From: Lama glama
Lineage: Eukaryota
Direction: 5' to 3'
DNA length: 64,000 bases
Assembly: GCA_028534125.1 (NCBI GenBank)
Contig: CM052817.1
Location: 65,598,001-65,662,000, forward strand
Both the position numbers and the translations under genes were made by a program. How positions within the stretch are numbered: position 1 is the stretch's first letter; each line of letters begins with the position of its first letter. The notes beneath the pieces were generated by a model. That model ran no database searches. It had not been told where the DNA came from and was given only the letters and a program-made list of their open reading frames with translations. Below, piece by piece: positions 1 to 13,085 of the stretch.

Positions 1-2360
1 TCTTGAAGCCAGATAGTGCAGTTCTTCCAATTTGGTTCATAGTAAAAATTCTTTTAGTTATCCAAGATCCTTTGCATCTCCATAAATTCAAATTCGACTG
101 TTAAATTTCTACAAGAATCTATTCGGATGTTGATTGGGATTAAGTTGCCTCTATAGATCAATGGAGAGAATTGATATCTTAACAACAATTTTTTAATCCC
201 TGACCATGGTTTATCTCTCCATTTTTTTCTCATAAATGTTTTACAGTTTTCAATATGCAGTGGTTTAACATCTTTCATTAAATTTAATCCTAAGTAGTTT
301 ACATTTTTTATGTTACTGTAAATGGATTTAAAAAATTTCCTTTACAATTTAGTGCTTCTTGCATTAAAAAACACAATTGATTTTTGTATATTGACTTTCT
401 AGCCTGTGACTTTGTTAAAAATATTTTTGAGTTCTATGAGCCTGTTTTTGAATCTTTTTTAAGATTTTTTATACAACCAGTTTTGGTATCTATTAAAGAG
501 AGTGTTAACTCTTTCTTTTAAATCTTATGGCTATTATTTCTTTATCTTATCTTATTGCATTGCTTTAGGGCCTCTGACACAAGTGTTGCATAGAAATGAT
601 GAGAGGAGATATTTTTCTCCTCTTTCAATCTTCATGAGACAACATTAAATTTTTTTACTATTAAATATGATATAGGTATTTTTTGTAGATGCTCTGTATC
701 AAATAGAGGAATTCCCTTTGATTCCAAGTTTGATGAATATGTTTTAAATCATGTCCAACACTTTTGCTGCATTTATTTAGATTTTTTTTCCTTTATTCTC
801 TTTAATTTGGTGAATTACACTGACTGATTTTTTATTTGCATTCCTGAATGCTGAATTATTATTTTTGTTGCTATTAAGGATTTTTGTGATGATGTTCATG
901 AGGTACAATGGACTCTAGTTTTACTCGAGTTTTGTCAAGTTTTGGTAATAGAGCTAAGCATGCCTCATAAAACAAGTTTGGACATGTTCTCTTCTCCTGT
1001 ATTTTCCAAAAGAGTTTTGATAACATTGGTTTTATTTCTTCATTAAACACTTGGTAGAAAACATCGATGAAACCATCTACATCTGAATTTTTTTATAGTA
1101 ACTTTTTCTGTAACAAGTTTAATCTCACTAACAGATATATCAAGCTGTTTATGTTTTTTATTTTTCCTTTCATCTGTCTTGAAAAGTTTCATTTTTTTTA
1201 GGAATTTGTTTATTCCATCTAGATTGTCAAATGCATTGACCTAAGTTATTCACAATATTTCTTTATTATCTGTTTAACGTCTGTAGGACCTATGAGGATA
1301 ACCTCTCTTTCATCAGTAATTTACATGGGTAATTTGTGTTTTCCCTTTTTTCCCCTCTTCTCAATCAATCCTGCTACTGTTTTTTTCCATTTTTTTGACC
1401 TTCTCAAAGAACCAATTTTCATCTTTGTGACTTTTCTACTATCCGTCTTTCTTACATTAATTTCTTCTCTTATTATTTTCTTTCTTCTTCTTAGTTTTGT
1501 TTACTTTTTATTTTCTCACTTCTTAACATGTACACTTATAACACTGATTTTAAGCTTTCCTTATTTTCTAGAGCCACACCCTACATATTTTGATATATTG
1601 TATTTTATTATCATTCATTTAACAACACTTTGTAATTTTCTGTGATTTATTATTTGACCCTGAGTTACTGAGAAATGTGTTATTTAAATTCAAAATACTT
1701 GAGGGAATATTTAAATATTTTATATTATTAAATTTTAATAATAATATTACTGAATTTCAGTTTAATTTTGCTGTGTTCAGAGAACATCTTCTTAATGAGT
1801 TAATTATTTTGAAATGTATTAATATTTATTTTATGGCCCAGCATATGATTTAACTTTGTGAACATTTTATGGCCACTTAAAAATGACATGTGCTCCATGG
1901 TTTCGGAGTGAAGTGTTGTTCTATAAATGTCAATTAGTTCAAGATTAGTTGATAAAGTTATCAAATCTATATTTTTCTGATTTTTTTCTTGACCTATCAA
2001 TTAATGAGAGTTGAGTATTAAAATCTTTATCTATGATTTTGAATTTATTTATATTTTTCTGTTTACTTATGTCATTTTTGCATGTACGTAGGATTGTAAT
2101 ATCTTCATGAAAATTTATTTTTTTATCATTATGCAATATTTCTATTTATTTATGATACCTTTTCTCCTGCATTTATTTTGTCTAACAGTGATACAACCAC
2201 TCCAGCTTTTCTATGCTTACTGTTTGCATATATCTTTTTCCTTCTTTTTATTTTCAATATATGTAGATACTAAATTTAAAATGGACCTCTTGCAGAGGTA
2301 TTTTAGTCAGGTATTTTTTCTCTCATTTTATATTTCCTTGACTATTTCAATAACTCAGTA
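1..2360 (-). mobile_element. Old LINE-1 (L1M-type) ORF2 fragment, heavily decayed
   Basis: T-rich plus strand. Minus-strand ORF remnants resemble L1 ORF2, e.g. endonuclease-region 'LELIDIYRTTLH...HKMFTKLNHMLGHK' (1800-2000) and 'KWRDKPWSGI...LIYRGNLIPINI' (54-278). Confidence 0.85.
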
Positions 2361-3023
2361 AAACAAATATTGTTATAAACATTTTTTAAGTGGGGAAATA
2401 GCAACGGAGAAAATTTAAAGGTCTGACCTACTCTTCAAACAATGGTCTTCTAGCTTTCAGTGCTGCTATTTGAATAAGATAACTACAAAAATTTGGTTTG
2501 TCAAAAGTAATTTTGGCCTAAAACAATCAACATAGTATAGGTTACTAAAAAAAAATGCTCTGTACCTTGTCTCTTCAGCTTCAACTACAATTCTTATCAC
2601 AGCAAAATAGCCATCATATCTAATCTCGATCTGTCCTTTGATCTCCAGTTTACATTTGTCATATCTTTTTGGATATTCCTGTTTAGATGCACTTTATGTA
2701 TCATAAACAAATAGTTGTATTTTAAAATCTCATTTTCTCCATAAAATCTGTTTTTTTAATTCCTTACTTTGATTAAACAAATCAATAACCACCACCCACC
2801 AAATCTCACTTTTTGTTTATTTAATTCTTCTATCTAATTAGTCACTGAGTTGTTTTTTTTTTTTTATTTGAAAATAGTTCTTGAACTCATCCCTGCTTCT
2901 CCAAAACATTAGATTTCACCCTCTTGGTTGTGTAGTATTTTACAAGTGTATCATAATTGGTCTACCTTCAGCCATTTTCTCCATCAGAAATCACAATGAC
3001 AACCAGAGTCATTCAACAGTGCT

Positions 3024-4529
3024 CCAAACTGCATTCCCACCAGCAGTGTAGGAGGGTTCCCCTTTCTCCACAGCCTCTCCAGCATTTGTCATTTGTCGAT
3101 TTTTGAATGACAGCCATTCTGACTGGTGTGAGGTGATACCTCATTGTAGTTTTGATTTGCATTTCTCAGATAATTAGTGATATTGAACATTTTTTCATGT
3201 GCTTTTTGATCATTTGTATGTCTTCCTTGGAGAATTGCTTGTTTNNNNNNNNNNNNNNNNNNNNNNNNNNNNNNNNNNNNNNNNNNNNNNNNNNNNNNNN
3301 NNNNNNNNNNNNNNNNNNNNNNNNNNNNNNNNNNNNNNNNNNNNNNNNNNNNNNNNNNNNNNNNNNNNNNNNNNNNNNNNNNNNNNNNNNNNNNNNNNNN
3401 NNNNNNNNNNNNNNNNNNNNNNNNNNNNNNNNNNNNNNNNNNNNNNNNNNNNNNNNNNNNNNNNNNNNNNNNNNNNNNNNNNNNNNNNNNNNNNNNNNNN
3501 NNNNNNNNNNNNNNNNNNNNNNNNNNNNNNNNNNNNNNNNNNNNNNNNNNNNNNNNNNNNNNNNNNNNNNNNNNNNNNNNNNNNNNNNNNNNNNNNNNNN
3601 NNNNNNNNNNNNNNNNNNNNNNNNNNNNNNNNNNNNNNNNNNNNNNNNNNNNNNNNNNNNNNNNNNNNNNNNNNNNNNNNNNNNNNNNNNNNNNNNNNNN
3701 NNNNNNNNNNNNNNNNNNNNNNNNNNNNNNNNNNNNNNNNNNNNTTGTTTATTCTTGCTTTTATTTCTTCTAGGAGAAAATTTTTGAGATGTACGTCAGA
3801 TAATGTTTTGCCTATGTTTTGGTGCAGCCACTATGGAAAACAGTGTGGAGATTCCTCAAAAGACTAGGAATAGACTTACTGTATGACCCAGGAATCCCAC
3901 TCCTGAGCTTATATCCAGAAGGAACCCTACTTCAGGATGACACCCGCATCCCAATGTTCATAGCAGCACTATTTATAATAGCCAAAACATGGAAACAGCC
4001 TAAATATCCATCAACAGGTGACTGGATAAAGAAGAAGTGGTATATTTATACAATGGAATACTACTCAGCCATAAAAACCGACAACATAACACCATTTGCA
4101 GCAACATGGATGCTCCTGGAGAATGTCATTCTAAGTGAAGTAAGCCAGAAAGAGAAAGAAAAATACCATATGAGATCACTCATATGTGGAATCTAAAAAA
4201 CAAAAACAAAAATAACAACAACAAAAAAACAAAGCGTAAATACAAAACAGAAATAGACTCATAGACATAGAATACAAACTTGTGGTTGCCAAGAGGGCAG
4301 AGGGTGGAAAGGGATAGATGGAATTTCAAAATTGTAGAATAGATAAACAAGATTATACTGTATAGCACAGGGAAATATACACAAAATCTTATGGTAGCTT
4401 ACAGAGGAAAAAAATGTGACAATGAATATATTTATATGTTCATGTATATCTGAAAAATTGTGCTGAACACTGGAATTTGACACAACATTGTAAAACATCA
4501 ATAAAAAATGTTTAAAAAAACAAAAAAAA
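3024..4529 (+). mobile_element. Young 5'-truncated, 5'-inverted LINE-1 (inverted part 3024-~3818, sense part ~3819-4529)
   Basis: The sense part encodes the ORF2 C-terminus (VQPLWKTVWRFLKRLGIDLLYDPGIPLL...YTMEYYSAIK), followed by 3'UTR, AATAAA and an A-tail. The upstream part is antisense ORF2. Degenerate TSD: aacagtgctc (3015-3024) / aaaaatgctc (4525-4534). Confidence 0.93.
3245..3744. other. Assembly gap (500 N)
   Basis: Run of exactly 500 N inside an L1. Confidence 1.
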
Positions 4530-6689
4530 TGCTCAACAAAATCTATAAATTCTTACGCAGCTCAGACAAAAAAAAAAAAAGACAAGTTCACATTCTCAAC
4601 ACTCTATTGTTTGCATATAAAGACTCTCTTAGTTTGGCAGAAACCAATTTTCCCCACACCAGGGCATCTTTCACACTTTAATGCATTTACTCTTCTTACT
4701 GACAAGGGTATTCTCTCTCTAATCTCTTCACCGTGAAATCCTGTCTATCTATCTAATCATCTAGCTAACTAGCTAGCTGTATATTAATCTATATATCTAT
4801 TCTTTGAATCTCAATATAAATGTGATTTCCTTGTCAAGCCTTGCCTAACTCCTCAGCCTCAGGCACCGTTAGTTGCTTCCTCTTCACTATTCTCTGTTCT
4901 CTACTTTTATATCAGAGATGTTTAATTTCTTCTTCCATCATTATTTTACCTTATTTTAACATTAAAATCTGTGGTGTATGCTTGCAATGTTGAATACCAG
5001 ACACACATTAAGAACTATCACCATAATAAAAACAAATACATGTATATGTGATATGCTGCATGTTTACTGGTAGATGAGTCAAGATGGTTAGAACACACAC
5101 TGACAAATTTTATTGTTTGCACTGAACAGATAAATCTATGTTGATTTTTGAGTAAATTCATATGAATACCATACTGGAAAAAAATGGTCCAGAAAGTACC
5201 AGGGCACCAGGTATTTCGTAGCAATTTGGTTCATCTCACCTTCATACTGTAAATACTTTTTTGATGTCTGTGAATAATATTGTGAATTATTTGAGAGAAG
5301 AAATCACTATTTTTATTCATCTCTGTCTTTTTTTATCCTCCACCACCATGACTAGCAAATGGTAGGCTCCCAACAATGGTTTAGATAAAAACAGATTTTT
5401 TAAAAAACTTGTAACTGTGGAGGCCAAGACTGAAAAGACTGTATGCTGTAAAACTGTGAAGGAGTAATTATTCTTTTAATAGTTTATTTTAGAGATGAGG
5501 CACTGAGTTGAATAGACATGGTGGAATGAAGGAGCTTGGGAAATAAGACAGATCTATGCAAAGAATCTCATTAAATGTTTAATCAAAATTTCATGACCTG
5601 TATAGGGAATTGAAAAGACTCCCTGAGAAGTCATAAAAATTAATTTGGAGGGGAATTAAAAATGGAGGCTCACAGTGCTGGGTAAGTGATTTTGTGTTCC
5701 ACAAAGCTCCCTAAGAGTGTTTATGAGCTGAGCATCCTGTACTGAGCTCATGAAACAGGAAACAATGCATCAGTCTTGGCATCTCTTGGTATTTGAAATG
5801 CTTGGAATTATTATCTCATACTCTTGGCTGTCTCAAAGGAAACAAAACAGAAGTGTATGTTTGGGTCAGGCTTTAATTTTCCAGAAGACTGAAAAATTCA
5901 ATCACTACCTACCCAGACACAAATCTGGTCTTCTTTTCCCACTGATCAGGAGGAGTTCATTCTTCTGGGCCTGTGTCAAATGTAATGGGCAGTGTAGGAA
6001 GGTGATAACCCAAGTGTATTTCAGCCTTCACTCCACATTTATTCTCTCTTCTGACTTTCAGCTTTAATTCACTGTGGGGATCATTGTGTAAATTTCACTA
6101 CCTTATTTTCCTTCTCAATTAATAGTGGGTAGAAATAATGAAATGTTAACTAAGATTATGAAAATATAGTGCCTGTGACTCCACACACAAATTCTCTGAA
6201 TTCTATCATTTTGGACTACAGAAAATATGCTATGGAAGAATCTAATTAGCACAGAAAACTTACTCCAAAACCTGGACAAATGAATACCAATGTAAAATGA
6301 ATATTAGTATAATATTAAAGCTATAGCATTTAAGTGTTAAAAAGTTGTCATATTTAAAATTAGTATTCACATAACTAAAATGATTTATTGCACACATTTT
6401 TGATAGCATAACCAAGATTTCAAAAGTCAACATATGACATAAATGCTGAAGAACAGTTAATTAGTAATAGAGTGAGGCTCTTTCAAAATGCTTGAAAAGT
6501 TGACTATCAGATGATGACCACAGGTTTTTCAGCCTCTTCTCCTCAGGCATAAAAACGTAGAGAAAAGCAAAATATGTTTTAATGCTTCAATTATAATTAT
6601 GCTCAAAGAAGTGCACATTATAAATTAGAATTTATATCCATGCCTATTTCTCAATAAAGAAACGTATTTCTTATGAGATATTTCTAAGA

Positions 6690-7290
6690 GAGAAATAGGA
6701 GGGAGATTAAGAGGTACTAACTGCCAGTTACAAAATCAATGAGTCCCAGGTATGAACTGCACAGTGTGGGGAGTATGGTCAATAATAACCATTCTGAATG
6801 CTCATTTTGAAAAGTATAGAAATATTTAATCACTATGTTGTACACTAAAAACTAACATAGTGTTGTAGGTCAATTAAACTTCAACAACAAACAAACAAAC
6901 AAATTCATAGAAAAAGAGGTTAGATTTGTGGTTACTAGAGGTGAAGTGCTGGGGGAGAGTGGATTGGAGGAAGGTGGTCAAAAGATACAAACTTCCAGTT
7001 GTAAGATAAATAAGCACTAGGGATGTGATGTACAGCATGGTAGACCTAATTAACACTGCTGTGTGTTATATGTGAAAGCTATCAAGAGAGTAACTCCTAA
7101 GAGGTCTCATCACAAGGAAAATATATTTTTCCTTTTTCTTTTATTTTGTATCTGTATGAGATGATGGATGTTCACTAAAAATACTGTGACAATCATTTCA
7201 TGATATATGTAAGTCAAATCATTATGCTCTACACCCTAAACTTACACAGTGCTATACAGCTATTATATATCAATAAATGGGAAAAATAAT
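6690..7290 (+). mobile_element. Two adjacent L1 3'UTR fragments (L1MA-type)
   Basis: Typical L1MA 3'UTR text twice ('aagaggtactaactgccagttacaaaatcaatgagtc', 'aagatacaaacttccagttgtaagataaataagcactagggatgtgatgtacagcatgg'), each ending in an A-rich tail. Confidence 0.8.
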
Positions 7291-7339
7291 TTGGATAAAC
7301 AAAAGATAAACAAAGCAAAATAGAATAAAGTGAATATAC

Positions 7340-7610
7340 ATATCTATATGTGTAAGCCACATCTTCTTTATCCATTCTTCTATTGATGGACACAGGTTGT
7401 TTCCAGGTCTTGACTATTGTACATAATGCTGCTATAAATATAGGAGTGCAGATATCTTTTCAAATTAATGTTTCCTTTGGATATATTCCCAGAAGTAGAA
7501 TTGCTTGGTTATATGGCACTTCCATGTTTAATTTTTTGAGGAAACTCTATGCTATTTTCCATAGTGGCTACACCAATTTATAATCCCAACAATAGTGCAC
7601 AAGGGTTCCC
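7340..7610 (-). mobile_element. L1 ORF2 3' fragment
   Basis: Antisense L1 text 'ccacatcttctttatccattc...gatggacacaggttgtttcc...ccatagtggctacaccaatttataatcccaacaatagtgcacaagggttccc'. Confidence 0.88.
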
Positions 7611-8299
7611 AGAAAGGAAAATGTTATTTATGAGACTGTGCTGATTAGAAAGGGTGACACACTTGCATGTGTAAGAAGGTATATCTGCCCCTGTTTTTCC
7701 CATCCTTGCTCAGCAGCAGTTACTGCTATCTTAGACTTGAGGGCTCTGTTCTGTTCACCTGACTTTCAGTTTCAACTTACAGTCTCAACTAACACGGCCA
7801 TATTTTCCCCACCAGATGAAGTCTAGCTTGGTTTGCCACAAGGAAAATTATATAATGAAGTTCAGCTGCTCATCTCACCCCCACCTGAGGACCAGCCCTG
7901 AAATTGGGGTGTCTCGTGCTATGTCAGTGTCACTTCAGCCTGACCCAACATCCTCCTGTTGACAGTTGTGGATAAAAATCTCACAGAGCTCACAACCAAG
8001 TGTCATCTAAGTTATGGTAGCATTCGACTGTAGGGGAAGTCGTAAGTTATTACGGTAGTATGCATTTGGAAGGTATTTACGTGAAAATAAAGGACAGAAG
8101 AGAAAAGCACTAGCAACTGCTGTTGTAAAAGTTAACGTATTAGATCAGTTGGCTACGTTGGATAATGTAATCAAAATACAGGCATAGTGGGATGAAACTA
8201 ATATATAGAAGACACAGAAGTGTATTGAAATCCTTATATACAAAGATGTCTTTCAGAAGCCTCATGCCACTTGAAACCTGATACATTATTGACTCTTTT

Positions 8300-10728
8300 C
8301 ACTAACAGATTTATTTCCTAGACGGTGATGAAAGCAACTCTGGGGATTGCTACTTTGAAAATTATTGCAAATAAAAAACGAAGAGCTGATTTTTAGTGTA
8401 TAAGCACTGGCATAAAATCAAAGGAAGGATACATACAGGGGATAGTCTGATGTGTGCACTGGCCTTTTAGAAAAAAGCAGCTTCAAAATATTCAGAAAAG
8501 ACATGAGTCTGTGTTCAGGAACTTAAAAGAATAGGGCGATTTAAAAAGGATAGGAATCTCTAAGAAAATAAATTCTGACAATTCAATCATAAATAATCTC
8601 CTAAAATAAGGGAAAGGAGGTGACTTCTAAGGAAATCAGTGTAGCTCTACAGGGAGTTATCTAAGAATGCAACATCATGGAAGAAGAGGCACATTTCAAA
8701 GGAAGACTATAAAGAATTATTCTAACCAGAAAATTCATTACAAAAATATTAAAACACAGAAGAAGTTAGGGTTTGTGAAATATACTGAGGACAACAAAAA
8801 TGTCTGTTATTCTGTTTTGTATGAAAAAAGACCTTAAAGAAGGAGTAGTCTTGGCCCTGAGGCTGTAATGTTAAAAGGGAGAAAGGAGAACAAGTCAGCA
8901 TTTATTTCACTCCTACTTCTCACGTGAAAGACAATGACCTTCAAAGTGTACAGGCTAGGACTTTGCCGAGAAGAAGTCAGGTTCGATGAAGGTGAGGAGA
9001 GGAAATTAAACCTATGTTAATTGACAACTACTAACTGCCATGCATTTATTCAAAAATTACTTTTTACGAAATTTACTGCATGTTCTCTTACAGGCTCTGG
9101 GAGCAATGAGTGAATTAATAAATAAGTGAGTTCAAAAGCTTTGATCACCAATGAAATTTTATACACACATCTCATTCATTCCTAGGAATTAAAAGGTATC
9201 ATTACTTTTACAGAAGACGGAATCAATGCTAAGAGAAAGTCATTAAGCTGCCTGAGGAGGTAAGGCATATTTAGCGGAGACCCTGGAAAGGGGATCTAAC
9301 CCTGTCTGACATTAGAAGTCATGTATTTTCTTCTTTCTATTCTGTGACTCTCTCTTAGGCAGAGAGTAAAAGTTCGTATGAGTTACATCCTAGTGTGCAA
9401 AAGCAACTGCAGGTGTAGTTGTAGAATATCTGGTGGCATTTTATAAAACTGGAAATACAGCAAGTCCTAGGAAACCACAAACACACAAATACTTGATTAT
9501 TCAAAGGGGGGAATATATTCATTTCATAAACTAGAAGTAGGCAAACTCAATGTAGATTTAAGAATGGATTTTTCACTAATGATATATGAACACTTAAAAA
9601 TAATCATGAGCCTGTGTGATTTGCAGAAATACATACCATATTTAATTTGAAAAACAATGATTATGATTTCAGGAAGGTATCTGACCACATATGACAAATA
9701 TTTCAACACAAGTAGTTTTTTATGACTTCATGTTTAATGATCCAGGTGGATTTATGTGTTACTGGTTGAAAATCATCTCAAAAGATTACTAGAACAAAGT
9801 CTAGTGAAATGCCACAGGGCTCTGTTGTTGATCCTCTTCTAATTCATTTTAATCTACGTCATAAATGAAGACACAGAGGCATATTTAGAAAACTTTTAGA
9901 TGCAGAAAATTATGAAGAACAGCTAACACATTGGATTCTGAATAAAAATGCAAACAAATTTTGATAGGTCAAATAAAAAAACATGAAATTTAACAGAAAA
10001 ATATAAAATTTTACACTGAGTTTAAAAAATTCAGTACAAACAAAGGGAAGATTTGTGCTTTAACATTTCATCATGGGGGAAAAAAAGTCCCAGATGAATT
10101 TAATTATTACAAATCCAATTATAGGCAACAGTATAAAATGGCTTTTCATGAAGACAGGGCCATCTCAGCCTCATTTCTATTCATTGGCACGACCATGCAA
10201 AATATATTTTAAGTGAGACATTGTCATAATAAAGTTCACCCAAAAGAGACAGATGCAAAGACTGGAAAGATCAGTCAGTATTTTAACCAATCCCATATCT
10301 CTACTGCTTAGCTGTGGGTCTGGAACAAAACTGGAACTCAGTAAATATGTGTTTAATTGATAAGTCATGGACACTGTGTAACATGGGGCATAGATAAAGG
10401 AACTGAAAATTTTCACCTAAAGAAAAAAAGGTTTAACAGAGTCATAACCACAATAACCACTGCCTTTGAGTAAAGGAGAGTTTATTATGTAAAAGATGAG
10501 TGAGACTGTTTATCTAGTAGTTTCACAGGAAGTTAAACATGTTTTTTTCCTGTGGCAAAATGAAATCTTTAAAAGGAACAGAAGTATCCAAATTGGAATA
10601 ATAGCCTCTCAAAGCGTGAGCTCTCTGTTGGTGCAGGCATAAGAAGATGAAGTTCTTCAAATTCAAGGAAGACAGTGAAAGTGCGTCCACTGCGAACGCT
10701 TCCAATGGGAAATCTCTCTGACTCTATG
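8300..10728 (+). mobile_element. CR1/L3 LINE fossil (ORF2 to 3' end), interrupted by a MIR at ~9150-9340
   Basis: 'gagttacatcctagtgtgcaaaagcaactgcaggtgtagttgtagaatatctg...attattcaaagggggg' resembles the CR1 motif ELHPRVLKELADVIAEPL...IFKKG. 'agtgaaatgccacagggctctgttgttgatcct' resembles SGVPQGSVLGP. The end 'ctctgactctatg' resembles the CR1 tail. Confidence 0.75.
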
Positions 10729-11194
10729 TATAAATGTGGTTGGACTTTTTTCTTTATTGTCTTGTGAATTTCTTATTTTTGTAGTTCACTAGTGTTAAAA
10801 GTGTTTCAGGGTGAACTCTAAAATGCTTCATCTAAAGGACATTGGATTCAGTGGTTAGATCATCTTAAGTTCAAAAAAGATTACTTTTTCAGTTGATAGC
10901 TGAATAATTGTAAATCAGTAATCTAAATAAATTAGAACCAAAAAAAATGCCTTCAGTTTCAGAAAAGAGTTCAGCACTAAGATGGATAATTTTGACTGAA
11001 AGTGGGAGTTACAAACAATGAGACCCCACTTTCAGAGGAGCCAGGTGTCACAGTGAACTGTGAACAGCTAGAGCTTCTAGAAGGCAGGGTGTGGCCTTCC
11101 CAGCACTGTTCCAGCTCCCTCTGCTTGCCTGTCATAGCTTTCATGGCAGACTGTAATCATCAATGGCTTTTCCATATGCCCGTCTTCCCCTGGG

Positions 11195-11310
11195 GGTTGT
11201 GAGCTCTGTAGGGCAGAGACTCTTTCCCTCTGCCCACCAGAAGATCCCTAGCACCCAACAAAGTGCTTATCACATTAATTTCAAAAAATATTTGTTGACT
11301 AAAATGCATG
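11195..11310 (+). mobile_element. L2 3' end
   Basis: 'tgtgagctctgtagggcagagac...cctagcacccaacaaagtgctt...aaatatttgttgact'. Confidence 0.65.
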
Positions 11311-12869
11311 GATAAAGTATGGAATTCTCACTGTTTTAAAATCCAGTACCATACTTTATAGATAGCATTTTTTATTTTTGGAGTGGATTGTTTAGGACTT
11401 TATAGAAGGATGCTGAAAAAAGGATACAGTGAAGCCATTTAAAGATCTGATTTGAAAACTTTCACTTATTTTCTGATAACTAGGATATTCTCTATTACGA
11501 TACTATTATACACCTACTGTCCCAACATCATTCGCAGCTTTCATTTCATTGCTATCATCCAAAGAACTGTCTGGATACCTCTTAGCATTAGTAGTGATGA
11601 CTCTATGAAGCAGAAGAAATGTTCATTTACCAATTCAACAAATGTTTGCTGACCAACGCTCTGCTCAAATGATGAAGATGGAAAAATGAATAGGGCACAG
11701 GGCCTGCTTTTGGAAGTGTTCAGTGAAGCTGGAGAAGACAAATGTGTAATAGATAACTATACCACCATAACAGTGTGTGAACAAAAGTTGGTGCACATGA
11801 AGGGCATATCTGAAACAGATAAGGCACGGCAGATACATCAGGATACATTAAATAAATGAATACATATAAGGAGGAACTAATTGACTGAAATAATAGTAGA
11901 AGAGGGGAGGAGCACAGGGTATTTTCCTGATATATCTCTAAACCGTGGATGTAGGCAGTTGAGCTTGCTAGGAGCTGGGGGAGCAGAGAGTAGCGTGTAA
12001 TGAAATGATGAAGAAGAGCTATGATTAGTCCTACCTTTGAAGAGTGCTTTGCTGACCACTAAGCTCACAGAACTCTCCACTGTTACCGTTTTTCAAATGA
12101 AAATGAAGTTAGGAGATTAGCTCAGATCTCCTTGCTAGTGAGTGATAAGCTAGAACTGCAGCCCAGCATCTAATACCTAGAATTTTTCACTCTTGCATGA
12201 AAAAGGGGTCTTCAAAAGCACTTAACTCATCGAAATGAATATTCCATGCACGTATCTCTTTTCTGTAAAATTAAGGATTTTATGCATAAAAATACTACCT
12301 AAATGGGAAAGATAAATTTTATATAACCACATTAATTCAATGCAGTAGCACAGTCTCCTCTGTCTTCCCCATCCTTCTCCTTATCTACCTACAAAATGAT
12401 TTAGGAATATTATTCAAGCTGGAAGTACACAGCCTTTGCTTAGCATTAGCAAGAAAACCTACCTTGGATGTCTTTTTCTTTCTTTAAAAAAAATGGACCA
12501 AGTAGATGAATGGTTTAGTTTCTTTTCATCATAGTGATGGTATTCTGAACTGATGGTCATGACAGATCTGTTCTTCGACCTAAAAAAAAAAAAAAAGACA
12601 CTTTCAAGTTTAGTTGCTGTCATTTACTGATTACCTGGACAGAGATAAAAAGAACAGTAACCATCATTATAAATATACTTGCTTCTGAGTTCAGAAGAAT
12701 ATTTGTAGGAGGATGGAAATTTGAACTGGAATCATAGCAAACTCCAAACCTTCTTTTCATGTCATAATTTCCATTTCTGAACTTCTGAATCTCTTACCAA
12801 GAACTTTTGGGGTTTATAAACACAAGCCAAAATGAAATAGAGATTATCTATGTACTTTAATGCCAAAAT

Positions 12870-13085
12870 TACTAGCACTGGTGTTAACTTAGGCTTTAAA
12901 GTTAGACAGACAATAGTTTTAGCTTTCTGCTTCCACAAATTAACTGTGACTATGAACAAGTTATTTAAAATTTCTATGCCTTAGTTTCTTCATCTGTAAC
13001 TGGAGACATTAAAATTTTGGAGTTATATAAAACAGGTGAGGTGATTTTGATAAAGTGATTAGCAAAGTGACTGCCATTATATTAT
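12870..13085 (+). mobile_element. MIR SINE
   Basis: MIR core 'ctgtgactatgaacaagttatttaaaatttctatgccttagtttcttcatctgtaactggaga'. Confidence 0.8.

Larger units (their letters stand above)
2570..4900 (+). mobile_element. L2 remnant interrupted by the young L1 at 3024-4529
   Basis: Diverged L2-like phrases on both sides of the L1 (e.g. 'gatctccagtttacatttgtc', 'tctcaatataaatgtgatttccttgtcaagccttgcctaact'). Confidence 0.45.

Noticed and set aside
1292..1645. Hydrophobic 117-aa ORF resembling a membrane protein
   Set aside because: Antisense reading of A-rich L1 gives Phe/Leu-rich chance ORFs.
3152..3867. Long ORFs of 211-222 aa
   Set aside because: Artefacts of translating the N gap. The flanks are L1.
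3819..4196. 125-aa ORF
   Set aside because: C-terminus of L1 ORF2 in a truncated copy, not a host gene.
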